A DNA stretch of 64,000 bases, from positions 37,773 to 101,772 of the forward strand of contig CAYJVT010000001.1 of NCBI GenBank assembly GCA_964373695.1. Reading direction: 5' to 3'. This document shows positions 29,786 to 39,230 of the stretch, piece by piece. Made by a program: the position numbers and the translations under genes. The notes beneath the pieces are model-generated. The model worked only from the letters and a program-made list of their open reading frames with translations, did not search any database and was not told where the DNA came from. Positions within the stretch are counted from its first letter, which is position 1, and each line of letters begins with the position of its first letter. The DNA comes from an uncultured archaeon (GTDB taxonomy: Archaea > Aenigmatarchaeota > Aenigmatarchaeia > GW2011-AR5).

Positions 29786-31084
29786 ATGGAGAAAGAACTT
29801 AGGGAGGAAATAAGGAAGAAGGTTGCAGAATACTACAGGGAAGTCCTGTCGGAAAGGCAGAGGCACAAGATACCGGCATCGGGAAAGGTCTTTGACGAGA
29901 ACGAAATGATGAATGCCGTTGACGCTGTACTGGACGGTGTTTGGACCCACGGAAGGTTCGCTCTTGCATTTGAAAATGCTCTCTCCTCATTTCTAAGCGT
30001 AAGGCACTGCGTCATAACCAATTCGGGGTCGTCAGCTAATCTTCTCGCGGCCTCTGTACTGTTCTCCGCTGAGGTGGAAAACAGCATCAGGAAGGGGGAT
30101 GAGATAATCACGGCCGCAGCCGGTTTCCCGACGACGACAAACCCTATAATACAGAATGGCGGTGTCCCAGTGTTTGTCGACATAAAAGAGGGCACATACA
30201 ACATAGACGAAAGTCTTGTGGAAGATGCCATAACAGACAAAACAAAAGCCATAATGACGGCCCATACTCTGGGAAATCCTTTCAACTTGGATAAAATTGT
30301 GTCAATATGCAAAAAGCACGGCCTGTTCCTTATAGAGGACTGCTGCGACGCCCTCGGCTCAAAATACAGGGATAAATACGTATCAACATTCGGCGATTTG
30401 GCGACTTTCAGCTTTTATCCGGCCCATCATATAACAATGGGGGAGGGAGGGGCGGTTGTCACGAACTCCGACATACTTGAAAAGTGCGCCGAATCCATAA
30501 GGGACTGGGGAAGGGACTGCTGGTGCATGCCTGGCGTGGACAACACATGCGGAAAGCGCTTCTCCTGGAAGCTCGGCGGGCTCCCGGAAGGATACGACCA
30601 CAAATATACGTATTCCAGGCTCGGATACAACCTTAAGGCAACGGACATGCAGGCTGCCATAGGCCTTGCCCAGCTCGGCAAGCTCCCTTCGTTCATCGAG
30701 GCCAGGAAAAGGAACTTTGATGCTCTCAAGTCGGCGCTTTCCGGGTTCGACTGCCTTGCATTCGCTGAAAGCGAGCCTGGCGCGGAGCCGTCATGGTTCG
30801 GGTTCATCATAAGACTGAAAGGGGGGTGCGGCTTCAGCAGGGAGCATCTGACAGGCTTCCTGGAAAAAAACGGGATAGTGACGCGGCTTGTATTCGCCGG
30901 AAACCTGACAAAACAGCCCTATTTATTCAACGGAAATGTTGATTACAGAATCTCAGGAAATCTGGAAAAGTCGGACAACGCCATGAAGAACGCATTCTGG
31001 ATAGGCGTCTGGCCCGGTATTACCGAACAGGACATAAGCCATATATACGAGACGTTTGGAAAATTTATTGGTGGTTCAAGATGA
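29786..31084 (+). CDS. rfbH: CDP-4-keto-6-deoxy-D-glucose 3-dehydratase (E1, PMP/[2Fe-2S])
   Basis: NSGSSANL, AHTLGNPF, EDCCDALG, SFYPAHHITMGEGG (His in place of the PLP Lys), RDWGRDCWC..G.DNTC (Fe-S ligands), YDHKY. Start at the ATG at 29786 after a GGTGG RBS. Confidence 0.93.
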   Translation: MEKELREEIRKKVAEYYREVLSERQRHKIPASGKVFDENEMMNAVDAVLDGVWTHGRFALAFENALSSFLSVRHCVITNSGSSANLLAASVLFSAEVENSIRKGDEIITAAAGFPTTTNPIIQNGGVPVFVDIKEGTYNIDESLVEDAITDKTKAIMTAHTLGNPFNLDKIVSICKKHGLFLIEDCCDALGSKYRDKYVSTFGDLATFSFYPAHHITMGEGGAVVTNSDILEKCAESIRDWGRDCWCMPGVDNTCGKRFSWKLGGLPEGYDHKYTYSRLGYNLKATDMQAAIGLAQLGKLPSFIEARKRNFDALKSALSGFDCLAFAESEPGAEPSWFGFIIRLKGGCGFSREHLTGFLEKNGIVTRLVFAGNLTKQPYLFNGNVDYRISGNLEKSDNAMKNAFWIGVWPGITEQDISHIYETFGKFIGGSR

Positions 31085-32028
31085 AGCCTCTCGTGAGCAT
31101 ATGCATACCCAATTACAACGGAGAAAGGTATATAAGGCACGCCATAGAGAGCGCCCTGGCGCAGACATACCGCAGGACTGAAATCATCGTGACGGACAAC
31201 GCATCCACGGACGGCTCGTGGGATATAATAAAATCCTTCAGGAGGATAAAAAAATTCAGGCATAAGTCCAACATGGGATATAACAGGAACCTCAATACAT
31301 GCGTAGAGCTTGCAAAAGGAAAGTATGTGAAGATTCTACATTCCGATGACATGCTTGAAAAGGATGCCGTGAAAACGCAGGTGGAAGCGATGGAAAGCGC
31401 GCCGGCAGCCGGCTTCATATACAGCCCGGTGAAGCTTATTGACGAGAAGGGGGATTTCATTGAAAATTTCTCCGCCGGAGACGCCGCCCTCATAATACCG
31501 GGGAAGCAGAAACTGGCCGAGCTACTCAATGGCAACCATATAATGTTTCCTTCTGTCATGATAAGGGCCGAATGCTTCAGGAAGGTCGGTTTGTTCGACG
31601 GTGAAATACCGTACTGCAATGACTGGGACATGTGGATGAGGATATCCATGAAATATGACGTCGCGTACAGCAATTGTGTTTCCGCATCATACAGGGTATA
31701 CCGCCATAGCGGAGGCACCGTCAGGTATGAGGTTCATGACATATCGGGCTTCCAGATGTACATGTGCCTGACAAAAATCCTCTCCATGATAAGCGACGAA
31801 TCTATCCTGAAAAACGGGAGAAGATACTATAAGAATCTTGCGATGGAGCAGATATCCAGGGGCCTTTCCCTGATAAAGAAGGGAAGAAAATCCCACGGCA
31901 GGAGATACGTCCTGGCGGCTTCTTCCATGTATGACGGCTTCCTGTTCAGGCTGTCCGTCTATGCCGTATATCTTCTGACATATGCCGGCATGAGCGGAAT
32001 TATTCTCAGGCTGGGAAAAATCAAGTAG
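31081..32028 (+). CDS. GT2 glycosyltransferase
   Basis: SICIPNYNG, DNASTDGS, LHSDD, DWDMW. Confidence 0.9.
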   Translation: MKPLVSICIPNYNGERYIRHAIESALAQTYRRTEIIVTDNASTDGSWDIIKSFRRIKKFRHKSNMGYNRNLNTCVELAKGKYVKILHSDDMLEKDAVKTQVEAMESAPAAGFIYSPVKLIDEKGDFIENFSAGDAALIIPGKQKLAELLNGNHIMFPSVMIRAECFRKVGLFDGEIPYCNDWDMWMRISMKYDVAYSNCVSASYRVYRHSGGTVRYEVHDISGFQMYMCLTKILSMISDESILKNGRRYYKNLAMEQISRGLSLIKKGRKSHGRRYVLAASSMYDGFLFRLSVYAVYLLTYAGMSGIILRLGKIK

Positions 32029-32042
32029 GACATTATTCGAAA
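32022..32042 (+). repeat. Direct repeat copy 1 (CAAGTAGGACATTATTCGAAA)
   Basis: 19/21 identical to 34806..34826. Both copies overlap a TAG stop codon. Confidence 0.7.
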
Positions 32043-32104
32043 CTCCTGTATATATTCATAAATTTATTTGGGCATGTTATGTTACCAAAAACTTTGGTGT
32101 AAAT

Positions 32105-32992
32105 ATGCGTATACTTGTGACTGGCGGAAGCGGATTCGTAGGCAGGAATGCGGCGGAACATTTCGGGAAAAAACACGAAGTCCTGGCGCCAACGCACAGG
32201 GAACTGGACCTGCTTGAGGAAAACAAGGTAAGGGATTTCTTCAGGCAGAATGAAGTGGACGTTGTAGTCCACGCTGCAATAAAGCCAGGAAACAGGAATA
32301 CAAAAGAGACTTCCAACCGATTTTACAGCAACGTCAGGATGTTCTTCAACATAATGCGCAATTCCGACAGGTTTGGTAAGATGATATTCACGAGTTCTGG
32401 CGCCATTTATGACATGAGGTATCCGATACAGAAAGTGACGGAGGATTTCGCCGGCGAACGCGTCCCGGCAGACGACCTGGGCTTTTCCAAGTATATAATA
32501 TCAAAACACATCGACCACTCGCCAAACGTGACGGAGCTCAGGGTATTCGGGGTTTTCGGGAAATACGAGGATTATGAAATAAGGTTTATTTCAAATGCAA
32601 TTTGCAGGGCGCTTCTAGGTCTGCCGATAGCAATAAAACAGAACAGGGTTTTCAGCTATGTTTACATTGATGACCTGATGAAAGTAATGGAGCACTTCAT
32701 CAAAAAGGATGGTGAATACAGGTCGTACAACGTCACGGACGGGCTCCCTATGGAGCTTTTGACCATCGCAAAGAAGGTATCTGAAATAGCCGGAAAGGAC
32801 GCGGGTATCAAAGTGAGGTATGAAGGCATGGAAGACGAGTACAGCGGAGACAATTCACGCTTGAAGAAAGAGACAGGCATCGGATTCACGCCAATAGGCG
32901 ATGCAATAAAGAACCTTGTTGCATGGTATGAAGAAAATATAAGCCAAATCAACAAAGACCTGTTGGTTCTGGATGAAAAGAGTAGGTGGTAA
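32105..32992 (+). CDS. SDR NDP-sugar reductase/epimerase (YerF-like by context)
   Basis: VTGGSGFVG, VHAA, SSGAIY, GFSKY, FGVFG.YE...RFISNAI. Confidence 0.8.
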   Translation: MRILVTGGSGFVGRNAAEHFGKKHEVLAPTHRELDLLEENKVRDFFRQNEVDVVVHAAIKPGNRNTKETSNRFYSNVRMFFNIMRNSDRFGKMIFTSSGAIYDMRYPIQKVTEDFAGERVPADDLGFSKYIISKHIDHSPNVTELRVFGVFGKYEDYEIRFISNAICRALLGLPIAIKQNRVFSYVYIDDLMKVMEHFIKKDGEYRSYNVTDGLPMELLTIAKKVSEIAGKDAGIKVRYEGMEDEYSGDNSRLKKETGIGFTPIGDAIKNLVAWYEENISQINKDLLVLDEKSRW

Positions 32993-32997
32993 TAAAT

Positions 32998-34812
32998 ATG
33001 ATGATACTATCCGACTACATTATGAAGAGGCTTGTTGAATACGGGGTCAGGCATATTTTCACTATCACTGGCGGCGGCGCCATGTACCTTAACGATGCCA
33101 TGCAGAAATGCAAGGAAATAGAATACATATGTAACCACCACGAGCAAGCGTGCGCCATGGCCGCGGAAGGCTACTCGAGGGCGTGCGAAAAGATGGCCGT
33201 CGTCCAGGTGACGACAGGCCCGGGGGGCACCAATACGGTTACCGGGGTCTTGGGCCAGTGGACGGACTCCGTGCCAGTATTGTATATCTCCGGCCAGGTG
33301 AAGCTGGAGACTTCTGTTGAATCGTGCCTAGATATAGGACTGAGGCAGCTGGGCGACCAGGAAGCCAGGATTGTGAAAATAGTGAAGCCAATAACCAAAT
33401 TCGCTGCTGTCGTAAAGAACCCGGAAGATATCAGGAAACTCCTTGAGAAAGCGATATACATCTGCACACATGGCAGGCCTGGACCTGTCTGGCTTGACAT
33501 ACCGACAAATGTGCAGAGCACGCTGATAGACGAAACAAATCTGGAAGGGTATGACGAAAAGGAAGATGAGATGAAGTTCAATGGGGACAGTTTGAAGGAA
33601 AACGTAAAGAAGGTAGTTGCGCTTATAAAGGCGTCCAAGAGGCCTGTAATCATAGCGGGCCGCGGAATAAGGATTTCAGGCTCGCGCGACATTTTCCTGG
33701 GCATAGCAGAGAGCATGGGGATTCCAGTCCTGTCCACCCACAACGGCTACGACGTAATCTATACGGACCATCCTCTGTCAGTAGGGAGGATAGGGATATA
33801 CGGCGACAGGTCTGGCAACTTTGCGCTGCAGAATTCCGATTTATTGATATCAATAGGCTCGAGAAACAACGTGAAGCAGGTGAGCTACAACTGGAAATGC
33901 TTCGCAAGGGAGGCAAAAAAGGTTTTTGTTGACATAGACGAGTCCGAGCTGAAGAAGCCTACGATAAGCCCCGATATCGCAATACATTCCGACGCCAAGG
34001 ATTTTCTTCTGGAGCTCAAATCTCAGATGGCGAAGGAAAAAATGCCTTCTTTCTCTGAATGGCTTAAATGGTGCATCGAAAGGAAAAAGCGGTATCCTGT
34101 GGTACTTCCCGAATATAAAAAGCCGGGAAAGTTTGTCAACCCATATTATTTCAACCAGAAGGTCACGGAATGCCTGAAAGAAGACGACATCATTGTGACC
34201 GGCGTCGGCACGTCATTCTTTGCTGTCTATCAGTCGGCAATAGTGAAGAAAAACCAGCGGTTTATATGGAACACCGGATGCTCGGCAATGGGGTACGACC
34301 TCCCGGCTGCGATAGGCGCGTGCGTCGCAAGCGGAAGAAAGGACATAATATGCCTCGCGGGCGACGGGAGCATACAACTGAACATCCAGGAGCTTCAAAC
34401 TATTTCTTATCACAAAATGCCGATAAAGATTTTCGTCTACAACAACAACGGATACGTCTCCATGAGGCAGACGCAGGAGAACTTTTTTGACAAAAGGTAC
34501 ATAGGATGCGACAAGAACTCTGGAGTAGGATTCCCGGACATCAGAAAAGTGGCAGCCGCCTACAACATACAGTCCGAAATAATAGAAAGTCATGAAGACA
34601 TGGAGAGAAAAATAATGAAAGTTCTGGGGCACAAGGGACCAATTGTATGCGAAGTCGTGATGGACCCTGACTGCAGGTTCCTGCCGAAGATAACGTCGAG
34701 AAAGGTTAACGGCACTTTCGTTTCGAGCCCGCTGGAAGACATGTCCCCATTCCTTGAGCGCGAGGAACTCAAGGACAACATGATAATACCCATGTGGGAA
34801 GAAAGCAAGTAG
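32998..34812 (+). CDS. ThDP-dependent acetolactate-synthase-like enzyme (YerE-like branched-sugar synthase by context)
   Basis: GGGAMYLND, HHEQACAMAAEGY, TTGPGGTN, SGQV, LGDQE, MGYDLPAAIG and the ThDP motif GDGS...N...NNNGY. No regulatory subunit or ilv genes are nearby. Confidence 0.88.
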   Translation: MMILSDYIMKRLVEYGVRHIFTITGGGAMYLNDAMQKCKEIEYICNHHEQACAMAAEGYSRACEKMAVVQVTTGPGGTNTVTGVLGQWTDSVPVLYISGQVKLETSVESCLDIGLRQLGDQEARIVKIVKPITKFAAVVKNPEDIRKLLEKAIYICTHGRPGPVWLDIPTNVQSTLIDETNLEGYDEKEDEMKFNGDSLKENVKKVVALIKASKRPVIIAGRGIRISGSRDIFLGIAESMGIPVLSTHNGYDVIYTDHPLSVGRIGIYGDRSGNFALQNSDLLISIGSRNNVKQVSYNWKCFAREAKKVFVDIDESELKKPTISPDIAIHSDAKDFLLELKSQMAKEKMPSFSEWLKWCIERKKRYPVVLPEYKKPGKFVNPYYFNQKVTECLKEDDIIVTGVGTSFFAVYQSAIVKKNQRFIWNTGCSAMGYDLPAAIGACVASGRKDIICLAGDGSIQLNIQELQTISYHKMPIKIFVYNNNGYVSMRQTQENFFDKRYIGCDKNSGVGFPDIRKVAAAYNIQSEIIESHEDMERKIMKVLGHKGPIVCEVVMDPDCRFLPKITSRKVNGTFVSSPLEDMSPFLEREELKDNMIIPMWEESK

Positions 34813-34826
34813 GACATTCTTCAAAA
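34806..34826 (+). repeat. Direct repeat copy 2 (CAAGTAGGACATTCTTCAAAA)
   Basis: See copy 1 at 32022..32042. Confidence 0.7.
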
Positions 34827-34861
34827 AATAAAGTCAAGCTTAAATAACTTGCCAATTTATT

Positions 34862-35479
34862 ATGAAAATGTTTGATGTATCCGACAGGCTCGTTACGGAA
34901 AGAAGGGCGCTTTTCAGCTACAGTCCTGTGCTTTTCAGAACTGGCGAATCTTATGGCCGTTCGATGGAGCAAGTGCCTGAAGGATTCGCTGCATCCTCAT
35001 TGCGACATGAAGGGTACATAATACAGCAGATGAGAGAAGATGTCGGGCCCCTTTCTTACGAGCCGTATTCAGAAGTCTTCGGCATCGGAAGCAGCGAGCG
35101 AGCGAGGCTCATGCTATCCACAAGGCTTCGCGTTCCGCACGGCCATGACCCGGAGAAATACGAAACACGGGGCGGGAGAAGACACTGGAGAAGGATGCTT
35201 GTGGAAGGAGACAGCGAGACAGGTGTGATGGTTCCTGAAAGCGGCGTTGTCTATCGGTTCGACAAAGAGTCGGGACTTCCGGAAGTCACCGGACCGCTTG
35301 CAGAAAGTTTGTATCCGTTTTCGGTAAGATTCAATTTCAGGCCGTTGTGGAGTGACTCGGTTATTGTAATAAAAGATGCCGGCCCTGACACAGACAAAGG
35401 CCTAGTAATAGAAGCGTCCAGAAGCACGCGCTACAGGCATCCGGACCACTCTGTAAGGCTTGTAAGAGAACTGGCCTAA
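34862..35479 (+). CDS. Hypothetical protein (possible CLec-like ligand-binding fold)
   Basis: 205-aa ORF with its own AT-rich upstream region. Contains VPESGVVYRFDKESGLPEVTG and a C-terminal ...IEAS...HPDHSVRLV. Confidence 0.5.
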   Translation: MKMFDVSDRLVTERRALFSYSPVLFRTGESYGRSMEQVPEGFAASSLRHEGYIIQQMREDVGPLSYEPYSEVFGIGSSERARLMLSTRLRVPHGHDPEKYETRGGRRHWRRMLVEGDSETGVMVPESGVVYRFDKESGLPEVTGPLAESLYPFSVRFNFRPLWSDSVIVIKDAGPDTDKGLVIEASRSTRYRHPDHSVRLVRELA

Positions 35480-35645
35480 ATCTTTCTGCATTTGGCTTTG
35501 TAGAAATGCTCTAAAGTTCAGCTAGAATCGACAAGGATATATAAATTAACGCAAAATCCACTCCTACCAAAACCTGTAATAAACAGAGTGATTTATTAAC
35601 TCCTTAATTTGACAGGAAAGAAATTCAAGGATAATCATAGGGTTT

Positions 35646-36266
35646 CTACAGAGCCCTGCATTTCACTATGTAGCCTTCACAGAAGAACTCGTTCTTGAAT
35701 GGCATCTCAAACCTGAAGAACGGTATCATTGGCCTGTGGTAGTGCACCTCTTCTATTTCAAACATGCCATGAAGCATCTTCTTCAGGTACCACAGGAAAA
35801 CAGGCGTAACGTGCACTTTCTTTTCCGGTTCGTCGGCAAAGAAGCCGTGGAAGCCGCCAGTGAAAAGGAAGTACAGTTTCTGGTACCAGTTGTTCGGGTT
35901 CGGGGTTGAGATTATGGCTTGGCCGCCTTTTCTTAGCACCCTATGAAACTCTTTTATCGCGGTATATGGGCTGTCAAGGTGCTCCAGATTCTCTATTGAA
36001 AATATGAAGTCGAATGAATTGTCATTGAAAGGTATTTTCTCGTTGAGGTCGGCTTTCTTGAATTCCACTCCATCGGCAAAGAATTTTTCCTTCTCTATAT
36101 CGACTCCATGGAGGTTCTTGTACCCCATCTTCTGCAGTTCATTGAGAAGCGCCCCCTCGCCGCAGCCGGCATCGAGTACCGCGGCTTTCTTGGCTATATT
36201 ATTTCTCAGAAATATCTCCATGACCTTTTCATGAAGTTTCGGCGTGGCAATAGGCTTCGGTTCCAT
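35646..36266 (-). CDS. Class I SAM-dependent methyltransferase
   Basis: VLDAGCGEG, GVDI, ADLN..IPF.D.SFD, LEHL, VLRKGG.AIISTPN. Confidence 0.9.
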   Translation of the reverse strand: MEPKPIATPKLHEKVMEIFLRNNIAKKAAVLDAGCGEGALLNELQKMGYKNLHGVDIEKEKFFADGVEFKKADLNEKIPFNDNSFDFIFSIENLEHLDSPYTAIKEFHRVLRKGGQAIISTPNPNNWYQKLYFLFTGGFHGFFADEPEKKVHVTPVFLWYLKKMLHGMFEIEEVHYHRPMIPFFRFEMPFKNEFFCEGYIVKCRAL

Positions 36267-36344
36267 TAATTATCCTCTGATTATAGAAGATTAATCAAAC
36301 GTTTAAAAAGAATGAATAATAGGGGTTTTACTGGTCGTATTGTC

Positions 36345-37007
36345 TTACTGCAATCCGTTCACTTCTATCAGGTCTCCAACGCCATCGTATCTGGGACGGG
36401 AGCCTACATTGTCAAGCCCTTCAAAATCATGTCGCCAGTCAAAGCTGATGTTGAATTTTCCGTGTCCTTTAAGCGGGTATGTGCGCCCTACAAATCTATC
36501 ATCACTAGAGGCGCTGCTGGGCTGAAAAAAGAATGAAACCTGGCCAGGCGGCACGCCTTTTTTCTCCAGCCTTCTCATCGCCTCTTCTTTGCTGTCAACT
36601 GTCTCGAGCGGTATGAGTGTTTCAAAGGTCTCGCATCCGCGTGTTTCTTTACGGAACCATCCGTCTTCTGTGAGCACATACCAGCCGCTCCTCGGCGCCC
36701 ACGTATCAATGACTGCTTCTCTTTCTGTACCGGTATTGAGAACATACTTCAAATGAATCCTGCCTCTTCTGTCGGACCCGTTTTTGCGTATTCTTGCCGC
36801 ATCCATTGTTATCTCAGACCAATATCTCATTTCTCTGCCTCTTTCATCGTCCGTACGGCATATGGGATTGTCAAAATTGTTGTGGCTATAGCCTTTCCAT
36901 AAATTGGCTCCTGAATCCGCCCGCTCAGAAAGTGTTCTGTACGGCAAAGAAAATCCGTCCACAAAATTTGCAACAGCCAGTCCATTTCCGAGAGAAATAT
37001 ATTGCAT
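36345..37007 (-). CDS. Hypothetical protein (possible CLec-like ligand-binding fold)
   Basis: 220-aa ORF. Contains WAPRSGWYVLTEDG...LIPLET and a C-terminal FVGR...GKFNISFDW...NVGSRP. Confidence 0.55.
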   Translation of the reverse strand: MQYISLGNGLAVANFVDGFSLPYRTLSERADSGANLWKGYSHNNFDNPICRTDDERGREMRYWSEITMDAARIRKNGSDRRGRIHLKYVLNTGTEREAVIDTWAPRSGWYVLTEDGWFRKETRGCETFETLIPLETVDSKEEAMRRLEKKGVPPGQVSFFFQPSSASSDDRFVGRTYPLKGHGKFNISFDWRHDFEGLDNVGSRPRYDGVGDLIEVNGLQ

Positions 37008-37068
37008 AGATTTTTTAGGTGGTAAATTTATTTAAAAAACATGAAAAACTTTTATCTTTGTTCTAGGC

Positions 37069-37170
37069 GTTCATATAGTGCTCCAAGAAAACAATCATAA
37101 TTATTAGTTTTCTTGGCACTATATGTGAACCAAATAAGTTATATCCTGTTTATTTATTTGGTTCACTATA
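37069..37170 (-). repeat. Double-hairpin intergenic element, copy 1
   Basis: Inverted repeats at 37069-37092/37107-37130 (two 2-nt bulges) and 37125-37137/37154-37166 (perfect 13 bp). Homologous to 41156..41254 on the opposite strand. Confidence 0.8.
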
Positions 37171-38230
37171 GAAGCGATTTATATATTTTGTAAACTTTTT
37201 CCGACACTTCGCCGTCCCTGAACTGCGTTGTGTGCTTTATTGCTTTCTTTCCAAGAGACTTTCTTTTTCTGCTGTCGTCGATGAGATTCTCTATCTTCTC
37301 TTTCATGTCTTTCCAGTCCCCGTAATCAACTAGGACTCCGCCTTCGCCAACTGTCTCAGGCACGGCACCGACGCGTGTGCTCACTACGGGCGTGCCGCAC
37401 ATCCCTGCCTCGGCAAGCACATATCCGAACGACTCGTATTTCGTTGGTGCCACCAATATGTCCATGGAATTCAGGTGCGAGGCTATGTTCTTTGGGGCAA
37501 GTTCTCTGTGGAATTTGAACCTGCCGTTCTTTCTTATCTCGCTCTCAAGTTCGCCGAACCCTATGAAAACAAACTCGACGTCTTTCCTCTCCTCCTGTAT
37601 CTTGCCGAAAATCTCGGCCGCTACCAGAGCCCCTTTCCACGGAAGCATGGGGCCTATGAAACCTATGCGTGTTTTTCCGCTTTCCTTCCTGTCAGGATAG
37701 AATGTTCTGCTGTCGACCGGCGGCGGCACGACATCGAAGTTCCCTTTCACGTACCTGGAAAGCCTTGTCCTCTCGTCTTTGTTGAAGGCCAGCGTCTTTT
37801 TTGAGAATTTCAGGAGCGGCCATCCCTGAAAAATCCCGTACTGCCAAGAAAGCATCCTCTTTCCTGTGGTGTAAATGGGGGGGTGGAAGGCCGGGGTGAA
37901 AATATGCGGGCTCTTCATCCTTATCGACGATACGAAGCCGGCCGTTGCCGGAAAGTATCCGTAATGGAACGAATGAAATATGTCAGGCCTGGATCTGGGC
38001 TCCGTCAGCATCTTTCTGGCGAAAAGAAAGCTTTTCATTCCGGCTTCGAATCTTTTCACGCTTATGTTGCCCTCTTTTTCGTATGTTTTCTGGGGGCCGG
38101 AAACTATGGAACAGACGCTTATTTCGTCGCCTTTTTCAGCCATATTTCTCGCTAGGAAATACGCAGCATTGGATATGCCGAATTTCGAATGGCCGAGGCT
38201 GAACATTGTGGTGAACATAGATACTTTCAT
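37166..38230 (-). CDS. GT4 glycosyltransferase
   Basis: FIGPMLPWKG, YESFGYVLAEAGMCGTPVV. Confidence 0.9.
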   Translation of the reverse strand: MKVSMFTTMFSLGHSKFGISNAAYFLARNMAEKGDEISVCSIVSGPQKTYEKEGNISVKRFEAGMKSFLFARKMLTEPRSRPDIFHSFHYGYFPATAGFVSSIRMKSPHIFTPAFHPPIYTTGKRMLSWQYGIFQGWPLLKFSKKTLAFNKDERTRLSRYVKGNFDVVPPPVDSRTFYPDRKESGKTRIGFIGPMLPWKGALVAAEIFGKIQEERKDVEFVFIGFGELESEIRKNGRFKFHRELAPKNIASHLNSMDILVAPTKYESFGYVLAEAGMCGTPVVSTRVGAVPETVGEGGVLVDYGDWKDMKEKIENLIDDSRKRKSLGKKAIKHTTQFRDGEVSEKVYKIYKSLL

Positions 38231-39132
38231 TCCATCATCACCTTGGAAAAAACATCCGAATAAAGTTTTGCCTGGTTCTTCCAGTCATGTTTTTTCGCCA
38301 CCTCGACGGCATCTTTACCCTTCACATTATAGACGCCTTTCCTGATGGGGAATATCTCTAAATTAGACTCCATGCTGGCGATTATGTTCAGACCGCATGC
38401 AGCCGCCTCCATAGGCACCAGCGGATGTCCCTCGAATTTCGAAAAAAACAGCAGAGTGCTGGCAGCCCTGTATAAATCTGGCATATCCTCATGCCTCATC
38501 ATGCCAAGATACCTGATGCCGTCAGAATCCTGGCCTTCGACGCCGACTATTGTTATCACGCCTTTGTGCCTCTTGGCGTATTCTATGGCACCATCAAGTC
38601 CTTTCAGCGCCGGGTTGTCGCCGACCCAGATAAAACCCCTGCCCCTTTTCGTGGGGCTGAAAAATCCCGTATCAACGCCGTTATGCACCACTGTTATCTT
38701 CTCTGAATCTATCCTATATTCCTGGATTATCTGGCTTTTGACGCTGTTGGAAACCGCTATTATATGGTCCGACTTCCTCAATAGCCTTCCCTGGAAGAAC
38801 ACCGCCATCCTGGACTTTATTTTCTCTGTTGCTGTACGCGGGGGCGATATCTTGTAGTAGTTTTTCCACAGTCCGTGGCATGTGTACACCGTCTTTTTCA
38901 TGAAAGGTCGGAAGGTGCAGAAATATCCGTGAGTGTCATGAATATTGACGATGTCGCATCCGCTTGCCGCGACCCTCAGAGGTGCCGCCAGCATCAATAA
39001 AATATTTTTCACGGCGCTCCTTGAGCCGGAAACCGTGTGCCCCCCGACATATCTCCTTATGTTTCTCACGACGTTCGGCGTGCCGCCATTATACCTGTCC
39101 GGATTGGAATCGAGCACATAGCAGACCTGCAT
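38227..39132 (-). CDS. GT4 glycosyltransferase
   Basis: IAVSNSVK, VHNGVD, KG, FEGHPLVPMEAAACG. Probable ATG at 39132 (GTG at 39141 in the track). Confidence 0.88.
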   Translation of the reverse strand: MQVCYVLDSNPDRYNGGTPNVVRNIRRYVGGHTVSGSRSAVKNILLMLAAPLRVAASGCDIVNIHDTHGYFCTFRPFMKKTVYTCHGLWKNYYKISPPRTATEKIKSRMAVFFQGRLLRKSDHIIAVSNSVKSQIIQEYRIDSEKITVVHNGVDTGFFSPTKRGRGFIWVGDNPALKGLDGAIEYAKRHKGVITIVGVEGQDSDGIRYLGMMRHEDMPDLYRAASTLLFFSKFEGHPLVPMEAAACGLNIIASMESNLEIFPIRKGVYNVKGKDAVEVAKKHDWKNQAKLYSDVFSKVMME

Positions 39133-39156
39133 TTTATACACTATTAAGCATACCCA

Positions 39157-39212
39157 TTTAAACCGTAATTGATTAGAACAGTCTTGGAAAGAATTACGGC
39201 TTTAAAGCCGTA
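39157..39212. promoter_or_regulatory. Symmetric bidirectional promoter with an 18-bp perfect palindrome
   Basis: TACGGCTTTAAAGCCGTA at 39195-39212 is centred on TTTAAA about 25-30 nt before the ATG at 39231. An inverted copy (TTTAAACCGTAATT, 39157-39170) sits about 25 nt before the ATG at 39132. Confidence 0.6.
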
Positions 39213-39230
39213 GTATAATACTCTTCTGAA

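Noticed and set aside
32998-34812. Acetolactate synthase for branched-chain amino acid synthesis
   Set aside because: It has no small subunit or ilv/leu neighbours and lies directly after CDP-dideoxyhexose genes, which fits a YerE-type role better.
35480-35645. Possible ncRNA or hairpins in the convergent intergenic gap
   Set aside because: Only 5-6 bp AT-rich stems are present, with no tRNA cloverleaf or recognisable family.
34862-37165. Complete diversity-generating retroelement
   Set aside because: No reverse transcriptase and no template repeat matching either ORF's 3' end were found in the window.
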